Source: an uncultured Thermodesulfatator sp.
GTDB lineage: Bacteria; Desulfobacterota; Dissulfuribacteria; Dissulfuribacterales; QOAL01
NCBI GenBank assembly: GCA_964581255.1
Contig: CAZOMT010000033.1
Location: forward strand, 111,527 to 175,526
DNA: 64,000 nt
Reading direction: 5' to 3'
Shown here: piece after piece, positions 1 through 9,928 of the stretch
Layout: the number at the start of each line of letters is the position of its first letter
Position numbering within the stretch: the stretch's first letter is position 1
Notes under the pieces: model-generated
What the model was told of the DNA's origin: nothing
Databases searched by the model: none
What the model saw: the letters and a program-made list of their open reading frames with translations, nothing else
Made by a program: the position numbers and the translations under genes

Positions 1-354
1 GGCCTCGATTTTCTAAGGCACGTGGAGCGGACCAGTGTGCTTCTCCACTTGGTGGATCTTTCCCAAGGGGAGAGAGAGGCACTTGCCGCCTACAAGACGG
101 TACGCAATGAACTGGCGAATTTCCAGGCGGATTTGCTCGACAAGGAACAGGTTGTTGTTCTCAACAAAATCGATATCGTTTCGGAAGAGCTGATTCAGAA
201 GGTAGAGGGCAGATTTTCACAGGAAGGTCTTGAAGTCTTTAAAATTTCTGCATATACAGGTTCTGGCATCGACGAGCTCCTGGAGCATCTTTACCGGTTG
301 TGCATGAAGCAGACAGAGTCTGGCAACCATTTGATTGAGGCAGAGGAAGACTGA
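1..354 (+). CDS. obg: GTPase Obg/CgtA, C-terminal part (5' end outside the window)
   Basis: Frame 1 is open from base 1. The translation GLDFLRHVERTSVLLHLVDLS...VVVLNKIDIV carries the NKxD (NKID) GTPase motif and an Obg-like context. Stop is TGA at 352-354. Confidence 0.85.
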   Translation, partial: GLDFLRHVERTSVLLHLVDLSQGEREALAAYKTVRNELANFQADLLDKEQVVVLNKIDIVSEELIQKVEGRFSQEGLEVFKISAYTGSGIDELLEHLYRLCMKQTESGNHLIEAEED

Positions 355-1486
355 ATTGGCACCAAAACATATTCTTCAAAAGGCGCAAAAGGTGGTAATA
401 AAGGTAGGCAGTGCTGTCCTTACAGACAGCCAAGGGCTCAATCAATCCGTGGTGTTTGACCTTTGCACCCAGATGGCAAAATTGGCCAAAGATGGAAGAC
501 AAGTCATAATAGTATCTTCTGGGGCTGTGGCAGCCGGTATAGGTAAGATGCCAGAGAAGTCTTCTCCCAGGACTGTGCCTGAGAAGCAAGCGCTTGCTGC
601 CATAGGCCAAGGTCTTTTGATGCAAGTGTATGAAGAAGCCTTTGAGTCCCACGGTCTTAAGGTGGCTCAGGTGCTGCTTACAAGGGATGGCCTCGTTCCA
701 CGGCGGCGTTACGTAAATGCAAAAAATACCATAAAGACCCTTATGGATTGGGGAGTCATCCCAATAATCAATGAAAACGATACTGTTGCCACAGAAGAGC
801 TGCAGTTTACGGATAATGATGCCCTTTCCGGCCTGGTTGTCAATCTTGCAGAGGCGGACCTTCTGATCTGTCTCAGCGACATAGATGGCCTCTATGACAA
901 GGATCCAAGATATCATGAAGATGCGGTAAAGATCGACACCGTTGAACGCGTGACCAACGAGGTGCTTTGCCAGGCTGGTGATGAACCTGGCCGTGCTGGC
1001 AGGGGGGGCATGAAATCCAAACTGAAAACCGCTCACATGGTCACATCTTGTGGCCTTCCTATGATAGTCGCAGGAGGAAGGACCCATAAGGTGCTTGAAA
1101 GACTCTTTTCAGGAGAGCCCTTGGGCACCTTCTTCATGCCTGCGCGTCACAAGAGGATTTACGGCAGAAAGCCTTGGATAGCCTTTGCCCTGGAAAGAAA
1201 AGGGGCGGTGAGAATAGATTCTGGAGCTGTAGACGCACTTACCACAGGAGGCCGCAGCTTGCTCCCAGTGGGCGTTACCGAGGTTTCAGGACAGTTTCAG
1301 GAGGGTGACTGCATAGTTTGTGTGGATTCATCAGGCCAGGAGGTTGCAGTGGGCCTATCCAATTATTCAGCAGACGATCTCAAAAAGATCACCGGATGTC
1401 AGACTGCTGATATTTGCACCATCATAGACAAGGAAACCTTGAAGAAAGAGGTTATCCACAGGGACAACATGATAACATTAAAGTAA
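335..1486 (+). CDS. proB: Glutamate 5-kinase with C-terminal PUA-like domain
   Basis: The 383-aa ORF has an amino-acid-kinase N-terminus (VVIKVGSAVLT) and a C-terminal PUA-like segment (AVRIDSGAVDAL...GDCIVCVD). The obg-proB adjacency is typical. Start is uncertain: TTG at 335, or in-frame TTG at 356 preceded by GAGGAAG. Confidence 0.9.
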   Translation: MRQRKTELAPKHILQKAQKVVIKVGSAVLTDSQGLNQSVVFDLCTQMAKLAKDGRQVIIVSSGAVAAGIGKMPEKSSPRTVPEKQALAAIGQGLLMQVYEEAFESHGLKVAQVLLTRDGLVPRRRYVNAKNTIKTLMDWGVIPIINENDTVATEELQFTDNDALSGLVVNLAEADLLICLSDIDGLYDKDPRYHEDAVKIDTVERVTNEVLCQAGDEPGRAGRGGMKSKLKTAHMVTSCGLPMIVAGGRTHKVLERLFSGEPLGTFFMPARHKRIYGRKPWIAFALERKGAVRIDSGAVDALTTGGRSLLPVGVTEVSGQFQEGDCIVCVDSSGQEVAVGLSNYSADDLKKITGCQTADICTIIDKETLKKEVIHRDNMITLK

Positions 1487-1514
1487 AACTCTTCGATTTG
1501 TCATAAACGGAAAA

Positions 1515-1545
1515 GGGGGCTGGGAAGACGCACAGCCCCCTTTTT
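1515..1545. terminator. Intrinsic terminator between the convergent proB and glnA genes (looks bidirectional)
   Basis: The stem GGGGGCTG (1515-1522) pairs with CAGCCCCC (1533-1540). It is followed by TTTTT on the + strand and preceded by AAAA, which gives a U-run for the minus strand. Confidence 0.65.
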
Positions 1546-1575
1546 CTTTGTTCAAGGTTTGAAATTGGTTAACGA

Positions 1576-2988
1576 TTAAATGTCATAGTAGAGATAGAAT
1601 TCATATGGATGGGGACGAAGTTTCACTGCGTTTACTTCATTTTCGGTTTTGTAATCCAGCCACATGTCTATGACATCCTGGGTAAAGACATCGCCCTTGA
1701 GCAGGAATTCGTGGTCTTCCCTCAGTGCATCAAGTGCTTCTTCGAGAGATCCTGGTGCAGATGGTATATTGGCAAGCTCTTCTGGTGGCAGATCATAGAT
1801 GTTCTTGTCAAGGGGTTCACCAGGATCGATCTTGTTTTCTATTCCGTCAAGCACTGCCATCAACATTGCGGAGAATGCCAGATAACCATTACAGGATGGA
1901 TCTGGCGTGCGGAACTCAATCCGTTTCGCCTTGGGATTTGCAGAATACATTGGCAACCTGATGGCAGCACTCCGGTTCCTGCTGGAGTAAGCCAAGTTCA
2001 CAGGAGCCTCAAAGCCCGGAACCAGCCTCTTGTAGGAATTTGTGGAAGGGTTGGTGAAGGCGCAAAGAGCGCGGCAATGTTTCAGAATGCCGCCTATGGC
2101 ATACATGGCCATCTCAGACATCCCGCCATATTTGTCGCCGGCAAACATGGGCTGGCCATCCTTCCATATACTAATGTGGGTATGCATGCCTGTGCCGTTG
2201 TCGCCATAGAGGGGCTTGGGCATGAAGGTTAAGGTCATGCCGTGTTTCACTGCTACATTTTTCAGCACATACTTGAACCACATGAGCTGGTCGCCCATTT
2301 GAAGCAGGGGCTTGAACCGCATGTCGATTTCTGCTTGGCCTGCTGTTGCAACTTCATGGTGCTGGCATTCAGTGTCTATCCCAAGGGCTTCCAAGGTAAG
2401 AAGCATCTCTGTACGGATATCCTGAAGTTTGTCTGTGGGCGGAACCGGAAAGTATCCTTCCTTGTGGCGAGGCTTGTATCCAAGGTTGGGGCATTCATCC
2501 CTGCCTGAATTCCAGATTCCCTCAATGGAATCTATTTCATAGAAACAGCCATTCGAGGCGTTATCAAAGCGGATATCGTCGAAGATGAAAAATTCTGCCT
2601 CAGGACCGAAGTATGCCGTATCTCCATTGCCAGTGCTCTTGAGATAGGCCTCTGCCTTTTTGGCAATATTTCTTGGATCCCTGCTATAGGCTTCCCTGGT
2701 GACTGGATCAACGATGTCTCCAATGAGTACCAGAGTGGGTTCTTCAAAGAAGGGGTCCATCTGAGCAGTGGATGCGTCTGGGACCACAAGCATGTCACTG
2801 GCGTGGATTGGCTGCCAGCCCCTGATGCTGGAACCATCAAAGCCAAAACCATCTTCAAAGGAACCTTCGTTCAACTCTGTTGAAGGCACAGTGAAATGCT
2901 GCCACACTCCAGGAAAATCCAGAAATCTCAGGTCAACGACTTTAATGTCTTTTTCCTTGATCAGATCTAAAACTTCTTTTGGGGTCAT
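1576..2988 (-). CDS. glnA: Glutamine synthetase type I
   Basis: Visible GS-I motifs are [24 protein letters not shown], and the adenylylation-loop-like NIYDLPPEE. The ATG at 2988 is preceded by AGGAGG. The track ORF start at 3009 is an upstream TTG. Confidence 0.93.
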   Translation of the reverse strand: MTPKEVLDLIKEKDIKVVDLRFLDFPGVWQHFTVPSTELNEGSFEDGFGFDGSSIRGWQPIHASDMLVVPDASTAQMDPFFEEPTLVLIGDIVDPVTREAYSRDPRNIAKKAEAYLKSTGNGDTAYFGPEAEFFIFDDIRFDNASNGCFYEIDSIEGIWNSGRDECPNLGYKPRHKEGYFPVPPTDKLQDIRTEMLLTLEALGIDTECQHHEVATAGQAEIDMRFKPLLQMGDQLMWFKYVLKNVAVKHGMTLTFMPKPLYGDNGTGMHTHISIWKDGQPMFAGDKYGGMSEMAMYAIGGILKHCRALCAFTNPSTNSYKRLVPGFEAPVNLAYSSRNRSAAIRLPMYSANPKAKRIEFRTPDPSCNGYLAFSAMLMAVLDGIENKIDPGEPLDKNIYDLPPEELANIPSAPGSLEEALDALREDHEFLLKGDVFTQDVIDMWLDYKTENEVNAVKLRPHPYEFYLYYDI

Positions 2989-3065
2989 AAAACACTCCTC
3001 CTTTAGCAATAAGAATTAGGTTGGTTCCTTTTATCATAGAAAAGGACAAAAAAAATATATTTTTT

Positions 3066-5624
3066 CTAGGTCAAGCAACTCTTTGCAGAGTACAAGAGGG
3101 CATCCTTAACCTCCTGTGTGAATTCACCCTCTTCAAGCCTTTCACCAAGGCTGTCCAAAACGTAAAAGACATCTACTACCTGATCACCACTGCTACCTAT
3201 CTTGGCCTTGTGGATGTTTATGTCAAATTCCGCAAGTGTCTTGGTAACACTGAAGAGAAGGCAAGGTGAATCCTGGGTGTAGATTTCGATTATGGTATAA
3301 AAGTCAGATTGTTCATTGTCGATGATCACCCTGGTATCTGGGGTGATGGATACCTTGTGGGCCTGGCCAGACGCATGGGCAAATTTGGCAGCAAGCTTAT
3401 GAGAAAGGCTGAGCCTGTTTTGCAAGGCCTTTTTAAGGTCTGTTTCGAGGCGGTTCCAGTCCACTTCCTGAAAGCTTCTGTCTACGCCTGTCCCCACGTC
3501 GAGCAGGTCCACTACTGTCCCATCCTTGAGCGTAAATATCTGTGCCTGGAGAATTGACAGGTTGTGCAGGGCGAACACACCACAGATCTTGGACAACAAC
3601 CCTGTCCGGTCGGTGGTCATCAACAGTATGGACCAGTAGTTGCCCCTGTCTTCTGGAATAATCAGCACCTTGTTTTTTGATAGTTGCTGCCTCAGTTCCA
3701 GGTGTTGGGCCACGGCCTCTGGTGTAAAGCTCAACAGGTAGTCCTCTGGCAGGATATCCAAAAGGCCCTTTTTTTCTTTCCCAAGTATTGCGGAGACCTT
3801 TTCCTTCATCCACTCGACTGCAGCGATTCTGTCTGGATCGATGAGTTCGTGCTGCTCGAGCAGGTGGGCGATCTTATGATAAAATTCAAGCACCAGGGCC
3901 TGCTTCCACTGGGTCCAAACATTGGGGCCTGTGGCCATGGAATCGGCTATAGTGATGAGATAGAGCATTATGAGCCGATCGATGCTCCTGATATGACGCG
4001 CAAATTTCAATATAAGGGATTCATCTTCCAGATCCCTGCGGGTGGCGTTATCGATCAGAAACAGATGGTTGGCAACGAGGAAGGTCAGTTCTTCTGTTTG
4101 CTTATCGGTGAGAGAGAGGTTTTTGGCCATTGACCTTACTATCTCTGCCCCCTTCTCTGCGTGTCTTCTGCCGTGGCCTTTGCCAATGTCGTGCAGAAAG
4201 GCAGCCAGGAACAGTATGTTTTCATCCTTGACGCTGGAAAAGAGGTCTGGATATTTCTTGCGGAGATTGTTGAGGTGGACCACGGTTTCCACAAGGTGCC
4301 TGTCCACGGTATTCACATGGTATACATCATGTAGAGCCAAGGCCCTCAAATGTTCAAATTCTGGCAAGTAGAAGCCAAGGAGGCCAGTATCGAGCATCTG
4401 GATAAGGCTTTTGGGGCTGGTTGAATTTTTCAAGACCTCCAGGAAATATTTTGCACATCTTCTGGAATAGCGTAATTTTTCAGGGAGTTTTTCCACAAGG
4501 CTTGCCACCAGCTTTCTGGAACGGTAATGGAGTGGCAGCCCTTTAACTGCGGATATAGCAAAGGCCTTGAACAGTAGATAGGGCTTTTTCAGAAGCAGTT
4601 CCTCATTTCTCAAGAGGACCTTCCCATTGAGGATCTCTATGCCAGGGGCCAGCTGATGAGCCTTTCCCTTCACGGTTTTGGGATTTATCACATCTTCTAC
4701 GTGTTCAAAAAATAGATCAGATGCAATGGCCACCTGCTGGAGATCAGTATGCACCCTTTTCATAAAACGTTCCACGCCAAGGGCTTCCTTGGAATCATAG
4801 AGACGCAGACTTTTTGCTATTTCTTCCTGGTATTCGAAAAAGAGCCTGTCGTTCTTCCGGCCACTGGTATAGTGAAGCCTGTTCCTGATGATTATGAGGT
4901 CATTTTTTGCCTCTTCCAGGCTGGTGAACTCCTTTTGATCGAGGAGCCCTTCCTCAAGAAAGGCTCGGGCTGAGCCAATGCCAAAGAGCACCTTGCCAGT
5001 CCAGAACATGGCCTGGAGGTCCCTGAGCCCCCCTCTGCTTTCCTTGATGTTTGGCTCGAGAAGATACGTGTGGTCGCCAAATCTACGGTGCCTTTCCAGT
5101 CGGTGGGCCATCATGTCCTGAACAAATCTCTTTCTGCTTCCCCTGTCAAAGCTTTTCCACAAAGCCTGTGACAAATTTGTAAAAAGCTTCTTGTCTCCAC
5201 ATATCAATCTCGCATCTAAGAGGGCCACATGAAAAAAGAAGTCCTTTTTCATGTCTTCAAGGCACGCCTTTATGGTTCTGACTCCATGGCCTACCTCGAG
5301 CCCTGCATCCCACAGGGGATAGAATACGGCATCGGTGACACGCTCAACCAGATCGCCTGCCTTTGGGTCGTAAAGGAGGAGCAGATCTATGTCAGAGAAT
5401 GGAAAGAGCTCCCTTCTGCCGTAACCACCAAGGGCAATTAGTGAAATACCAGCCGGTTTTTCACCAAGTGATTCCACAAGACGCTGGACGATAAACTCGT
5501 CCATGAGGGACGAGTGGTGAATCAACAGGTCTCTTCCAGAAAGGCCTTGGTCCCAGAGGGCGGCAAGGGCCTGCCTTGGAGAGAGAAATTTTATCAATTC
5601 CTTTTCAGCAGCAGCTGTTTCCAA
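3066..5624 (-). CDS. glnD: [Protein-PII] uridylyltransferase / uridylyl-removing enzyme
   Basis: The 852-aa ORF has the nucleotidyltransferase motif GGYGRRELFPFSDIDLLLL, an HD domain (FLHDIGKG) and two ACT-like C-terminal segments. It sits directly downstream of PII. The apparent start is TTG. Confidence 0.85.
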   Translation of the reverse strand: METAAAEKELIKFLSPRQALAALWDQGLSGRDLLIHHSSLMDEFIVQRLVESLGEKPAGISLIALGGYGRRELFPFSDIDLLLLYDPKAGDLVERVTDAVFYPLWDAGLEVGHGVRTIKACLEDMKKDFFFHVALLDARLICGDKKLFTNLSQALWKSFDRGSRKRFVQDMMAHRLERHRRFGDHTYLLEPNIKESRGGLRDLQAMFWTGKVLFGIGSARAFLEEGLLDQKEFTSLEEAKNDLIIIRNRLHYTSGRKNDRLFFEYQEEIAKSLRLYDSKEALGVERFMKRVHTDLQQVAIASDLFFEHVEDVINPKTVKGKAHQLAPGIEILNGKVLLRNEELLLKKPYLLFKAFAISAVKGLPLHYRSRKLVASLVEKLPEKLRYSRRCAKYFLEVLKNSTSPKSLIQMLDTGLLGFYLPEFEHLRALALHDVYHVNTVDRHLVETVVHLNNLRKKYPDLFSSVKDENILFLAAFLHDIGKGHGRRHAEKGAEIVRSMAKNLSLTDKQTEELTFLVANHLFLIDNATRRDLEDESLILKFARHIRSIDRLIMLYLITIADSMATGPNVWTQWKQALVLEFYHKIAHLLEQHELIDPDRIAAVEWMKEKVSAILGKEKKGLLDILPEDYLLSFTPEAVAQHLELRQQLSKNKVLIIPEDRGNYWSILLMTTDRTGLLSKICGVFALHNLSILQAQIFTLKDGTVVDLLDVGTGVDRSFQEVDWNRLETDLKKALQNRLSLSHKLAAKFAHASGQAHKVSITPDTRVIIDNEQSDFYTIIEIYTQDSPCLLFSVTKTLAEFDINIHKAKIGSSGDQVVDVFYVLDSLGERLEEGEFTQEVKDALLYSAKSCLT

Positions 5625-5655
5625 TTTTTTAGATTTTCAAGACACCGTTAGGCCA

Positions 5656-5997
<342 letters not shown>

Positions 5998-6006
5998 TTA
6001 CCTCCC

Positions 6007-6971
6007 TTACTGGGTATATCCTATTTCACTATGCTGGGTGAGATCCAGACCTGTAATTTCCTCTTCCTCACTTACCCTGAGACCTATTCGTTTGTCCACT
6101 ACTTTCAATATAACAAGACTAACGGCAAAGGAATAGGCAATGGAGGCCCCGGCTCCAATGGCCTAGATGATAAACTGGTGTGGATTGCCAAAAAAAGTCC
6201 ATTGGCTCCATCTGGATTCCAGAAGGTGGAAGCAAAGAGCCCTGTTGCCAAGGCTCCCCAGAGTCCCCCTACTCCATGCACTCCCACCACGTCCAGGGCA
6301 TCATCGTAACCCAATCTGTTTTTCATGAGAACGGCAAGGTAGCAAAGGCTACCAGCAACGAAGCCAATGACAATGGCAGACAAAGGCCCAACAAAACCGG
6401 CAGCAGGGGTAATGGCTACGAGGCCTGCAAGGGCGCCAGATGCAGCTCCCAAGGTGGTTGGTTTGCCTTGAATCTTCCATTCGGTGAGTATCCATGATAA
6501 CAGCCCGGCTCCTGTGGCGATCTGGGTAGTAAAGAATGCCAGCACAGCAATGGAGCTGGCAGAAAGAGCGCTGCCAGCGTTGAATCCAAACCATCCAAAC
6601 CACAAGATACCTGCTCCAAGGATGGTCATGGGAAGATTGTGGGGATGAAATGGCTCACGCCCCCATCCCTTTCTCCTCCCCAGCACAAATGCTGCTGCAA
6701 GGGCGGCACAGGCCGAATTTATGTGGATCACAGTGCCGCCTGCCCATTCCAGGCTCCCAATGAAACCGCCTATGTCAGGGCCAAAGACCAGTGAATAGCC
6801 ATAACCTATCCAAATGATGGAAACCAGGCCAAGGCATGCAAAGCTCTGCATGATGGTGGCCAGCACATTTTTTTGGCGTACGAGCCCTCCGTAAAAAAGG
6901 GCTAGGCCTGGGGTCATGAGCATCACCAGGGCGGTGGCAGTCAGCATGAAGGCGGTATCTCCGGTGTTCAT
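6007..6971 (-). pseudogene. amt: Decayed ammonium transporter paralogue (internal deletion, homopolymer frameshift, in-frame TAG)
   Basis: The N-terminus is colinear with the intact copy at 6996-8225, but about 95 residues are missing (…GSLEW|AGGTVIH…). The frame breaks in the A7 run at 6190-6196. The shifted frame continues colinear (GLFFGNPHQFII*AIGAGASIAYSFAVSLVILKVVDKRIGLRV...GLDLTQHSEIGYTQ) to TAA at 6007-6009, with a TAG at 6163-6165. Confidence 0.7.
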
Positions 6972-6995
6972 CGAGTAGGTGCTCCTCTGTACGTA

Positions 6996-8225
6996 TTAAT
7001 CGTTGTAGGCTGTTTCACTATGTTGAGACAGGTCAAGGCCCTGGACCTCATCTTCGAGGGGAACGCGCAGGCCAAAGACTGCGTCTACGATTTTGAGCAG
7101 TATGAAGCTTGCAATGAATGCATAGACGAGCACTACCAAAACGCCAAAGGCCTCTGTGGCAAAGAATGCAGGATTGCCAGCCAGGAGGCCATTTGCACCG
7201 TCTGGATTGATCAACTTTGAGGCGAATATGCCAAGACAAAGAGTGCCCATGAGTCCACCAAGACCGTGTATTCCAACGACATCGAGGCTGTCGTCATAGC
7301 CTAGCCGGTTTTTCATGGAAACGGCAATGTAGCAGCAGATGCCAGCCAGGATACCGATTATTATAGCCGAAAGTGGGCTAACAAAACCTGCTGCTGGCGT
7401 TACGGTAGCCAGTCCAGCTATGGCACCAGACGCAGCTCCAAGGGTGGTGGCCTTGCCCTGCTTGATTTTTTCCATAAAGCACCATGAGGCCATACCTGCC
7501 ATGCCTGCAAGATGAGTGGCCACAAAGGCTGTAGCTGCCACTCCGTTTGCAGCAAGGGCACTTCCTCCGTTGAAACCGAACCAACCAAACCAAAGGAGGC
7601 CGGTTCCCATTAATGTCATTGGGAGATTGTGGGGCAGGAAACTTTCCCGCTTAAATCCCTTTCTAGGCCCCACTATGAGGGCTGCTGCCAGTGCGGCAGC
7701 ACCTGATGTCAGGTGGACCACCAAGCCACCCGCAAAGTCCAGAACACCTTTTTGGGCAAGCCAACCTCCACTCCCCCATATCCAATGGCAAACCGGGTTG
7801 TAGACAACGACGGCCCAGAGGAGGCTGAAGATTATGAATGGACCAAACCTCATCCTTTCAGCAAAGGCGCCAGTGATGAGGGCCGGTGTAATGATTGCAA
7901 ACATGCACTGATAGATCATGAAAACCAGTTGTGGAATAGTCGTGGCATAGGTAGGGCTTGGAGCTGTTCCTACTCCCCTTAGGCCAAACCAGGAAAGATC
8001 TCCAATAAACCCTCCGACGTCTGGCCCAAAAGACAAGGAATAACCTACGAAGACCCACTCAAAACTGATAATTGCGATCATTATCAGACTTTGCATGATG
8101 GTGGCCAAAACATTCTTGTTTCTGACCATTCCACCGTAGAAAAGGCCCAGGGCAGGGGTCATAAGGAGAACCAGGCCTGCCGAGGCCAGAATAAACGCTG
8201 TGTCACCAGATGAAATTGGCTGCAT
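6996..8225 (-). CDS. amt: Ammonium transporter (Amt family), intact
   Basis: The 409-aa multi-TM ORF shows Amt signatures: DFAGGLVVHLTSG, FGWFGFNGGSA and LDVVGIHGLGG. Confidence 0.92.
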   Translation of the reverse strand: MQPISSGDTAFILASAGLVLLMTPALGLFYGGMVRNKNVLATIMQSLIMIAIISFEWVFVGYSLSFGPDVGGFIGDLSWFGLRGVGTAPSPTYATTIPQLVFMIYQCMFAIITPALITGAFAERMRFGPFIIFSLLWAVVVYNPVCHWIWGSGGWLAQKGVLDFAGGLVVHLTSGAAALAAALIVGPRKGFKRESFLPHNLPMTLMGTGLLWFGWFGFNGGSALAANGVAATAFVATHLAGMAGMASWCFMEKIKQGKATTLGAASGAIAGLATVTPAAGFVSPLSAIIIGILAGICCYIAVSMKNRLGYDDSLDVVGIHGLGGLMGTLCLGIFASKLINPDGANGLLAGNPAFFATEAFGVLVVLVYAFIASFILLKIVDAVFGLRVPLEDEVQGLDLSQHSETAYND

Positions 8226-8262
8226 AATCTTTTACTCTCCTGCAAAAATCAATCAGGACAGT

Positions 8263-8278
8263 GCAAGTACTTTGCCAA
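8263..8278 (-). promoter_or_regulatory. Sigma54 (-24/-12) promoter for the amt-glnB-glnD-glnA operon
   Basis: The minus strand reads TGGCAAAGTACTTGCA, which is TGGCAA-N5-TTGCA. This matches the consensus TGGCAC-N5-TTGCW with correct GG-to-GC spacing. It lies about 38 nt upstream of the amt ATG at 8225. Confidence 0.7.
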
Positions 8279-8631
8279 TAGAGATTTAGATTCAACTAAT
8301 TGATTTTGTTTAAAATCTCCAGTGAAGCCCCCATTTTTTGGTTACATTTTTGAAAAATCAGAAGGAGAAAATTACAATTTTGTAAAAATTTCGTTTTTGA
8401 AATCTTCGATAAGTCCCCTGCTGGAAATGAGATTTTTGGGATCTTTTAAATATCTTATGAGAAGACAATGGAAGTTTTTCTTCATCTTTATTGTTTGGAT
8501 GCTCGGTTTGGGTGAGATAAAGGCCCCACTGGGAAAACATATACAAAAATCAAGTTGAATTTTGGTTCCTCTCTGATAAATTGAACTCAACAGAGCACAT
8601 TGGTGGTCTAATTTGAAAATGAGGGGATGAT

Positions 8632-9204
8632 ATGAGAGCAACAAGAATCTTGGGGATCGGTTTGGCTTTTTTGTTTATTTCATTTTTGCTGTGTTCTTGC
8701 GGCAGCAAGACAGAGTCTGTATCCGGGCCGGGTACAGGCATACCTGTGGAACAGGTCAAGAAGGGCGAGGCCGGAAAGGCACCAGGCAGTGAACTTCAGG
8801 AAGGTGTTATAGGAAGCGAGGGAATCCGGGAGCCAGGGGCAGAGAATGCCATAAGTGAAGCCCGCACCAGTGCTCCGTTCCTGCCGGTTTATTTTGATTT
8901 CGACCGTTATACCATCAGGCCTGACATGAGGGACAGAATGGAGAAAAATGCCCAGGTCATGCTTGATCACCCAGATATAAAGATAGAAATTCAAGGAAAT
9001 TGTGATGAAAGGGGTACTAATGAATACAATTTGGCCCTAGGTGAAAAAAGAGCCAAGGCCGCCAAGGATTATCTTGTTATGATGGGGGTGAGCCCAGACC
9101 GCATATCAATAGTCAGCCTTGGTGAGGAAAAACCCTTGGATCCCGGGCACAATGAAGCCGCATGGGCTAAGAACCGCAGGGATGATTTTATTATATTTCG
9201 TTAG
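8632..9204 (+). CDS. pal: Peptidoglycan-associated lipoprotein (OmpA-like C-terminal domain)
   Basis: A signal peptide with a lipobox-like LLCSC is followed by an OmpA-like domain (FDFDRYTIRPD...NCDERGTNEYNLALGEKRA...NRRDDF). RBS GAGGGG precedes the ATG at 8632. Confidence 0.88.
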   Translation: MRATRILGIGLAFLFISFLLCSCGSKTESVSGPGTGIPVEQVKKGEAGKAPGSELQEGVIGSEGIREPGAENAISEARTSAPFLPVYFDFDRYTIRPDMRDRMEKNAQVMLDHPDIKIEIQGNCDERGTNEYNLALGEKRAKAAKDYLVMMGVSPDRISIVSLGEEKPLDPGHNEAAWAKNRRDDFIIFR

Positions 9205-9292
9205 GGCCTTCTGTCCTTCAAAGTAAGAGAGATTGTTGGGCAAAGTTCTGTCCGCAGGCTTTCTCATCAAAATCCTTGTCTAAAATTTACTA

Positions 9293-9323
9293 TGCACAGT
9301 CTTTTCAGGCTGTGCAGCTTTTT
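9293..9323 (+). terminator. Intrinsic terminator after pal
   Basis: The stem TGCACAG (9293-9299) pairs with CTGTGCA (9310-9316), followed by GCTTTTT. Confidence 0.55.
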
Positions 9324-9343
9324 GTATGGAGGTTGTAAAGATA

Positions 9344-9883
9344 ATGAATTTATTTGGTAAACGTGTTGTCGCTGGTTTCTTTTGTGCTGTTTTGTTGGCT
9401 TCCTTTGTCTTCTCAGATTCCTTGGTTTATGCACAAAAAAGCCAAATAGCTGTAATCAACATGCAGAAGGTGCTACGAAATTCCAAGGCAGGGAAGAAGG
9501 CCATGGCTGAACTCAACAAAAAATTTGAGAAACTGAAGAAGCAGCTCCAGGCAAAGCAAAAGGAACTCAAGGCCTTCAAGCAAGAAATGGAGAAGAAGGC
9601 CCCCTTGATGAATGAGGAGGCAAGGGCTGAGAAGGAGCGTCAATATAAAAAGATGCTCAGGGAATTCAAAGACAAGAGTGACGATGCACAATACGAGATG
9701 CGTCAAGCTGAGTCAAAGCGGATGGAACCCATCTTGAAACAGTTGGAAAAGGTTGTCACCAAGATAGGCAAGGACAAGCATTATGTTGTCATAATGGAAA
9801 AGAACATGCCTGGAATCTATTACACCTCGCCAGATGCAGATATTACCGACCTTGTCATAAAGGTATTTGATAGTTCAAAGTAA
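9344..9883 (+). CDS. skp: OmpH/Skp-family periplasmic chaperone
   Basis: A signal peptide (MNLFGKRVVAGFFCAVLLASFVFS) is followed by a long Lys/Glu/Gln-rich helical segment typical of Skp. The start could also be the ATG at 9326. Confidence 0.8.
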   Translation: MNLFGKRVVAGFFCAVLLASFVFSDSLVYAQKSQIAVINMQKVLRNSKAGKKAMAELNKKFEKLKKQLQAKQKELKAFKQEMEKKAPLMNEEARAEKERQYKKMLREFKDKSDDAQYEMRQAESKRMEPILKQLEKVVTKIGKDKHYVVIMEKNMPGIYYTSPDADITDLVIKVFDSSK

Positions 9884-9928
9884 GATTACATTGTCACCCA
9901 ATTCTATTTCTATAAGGTTAATTTGATT

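Noticed and set aside
239-1087. A long antisense ORF (282 aa) opposite proB. Similar shadow ORFs lie opposite glnA (1609-2232), the OMP (12575-13321), recB, recC, the giant GT and others.
   Set aside because: Each lies fully inside a well-supported gene on the other strand. They have low-complexity or Cys/Arg/Trp-rich translations, no RBS and no recognisable motif, which is typical of frame shadows.
8322-8759. Several 60-90-aa ORFs on both strands in the AT-rich amt-pal intergenic region.
   Set aside because: They overlap one another, have no RBS and give Lys/Phe/Ile-rich translations. The region is better explained as divergent promoter or enhancer DNA for the sigma54 operon and pal.
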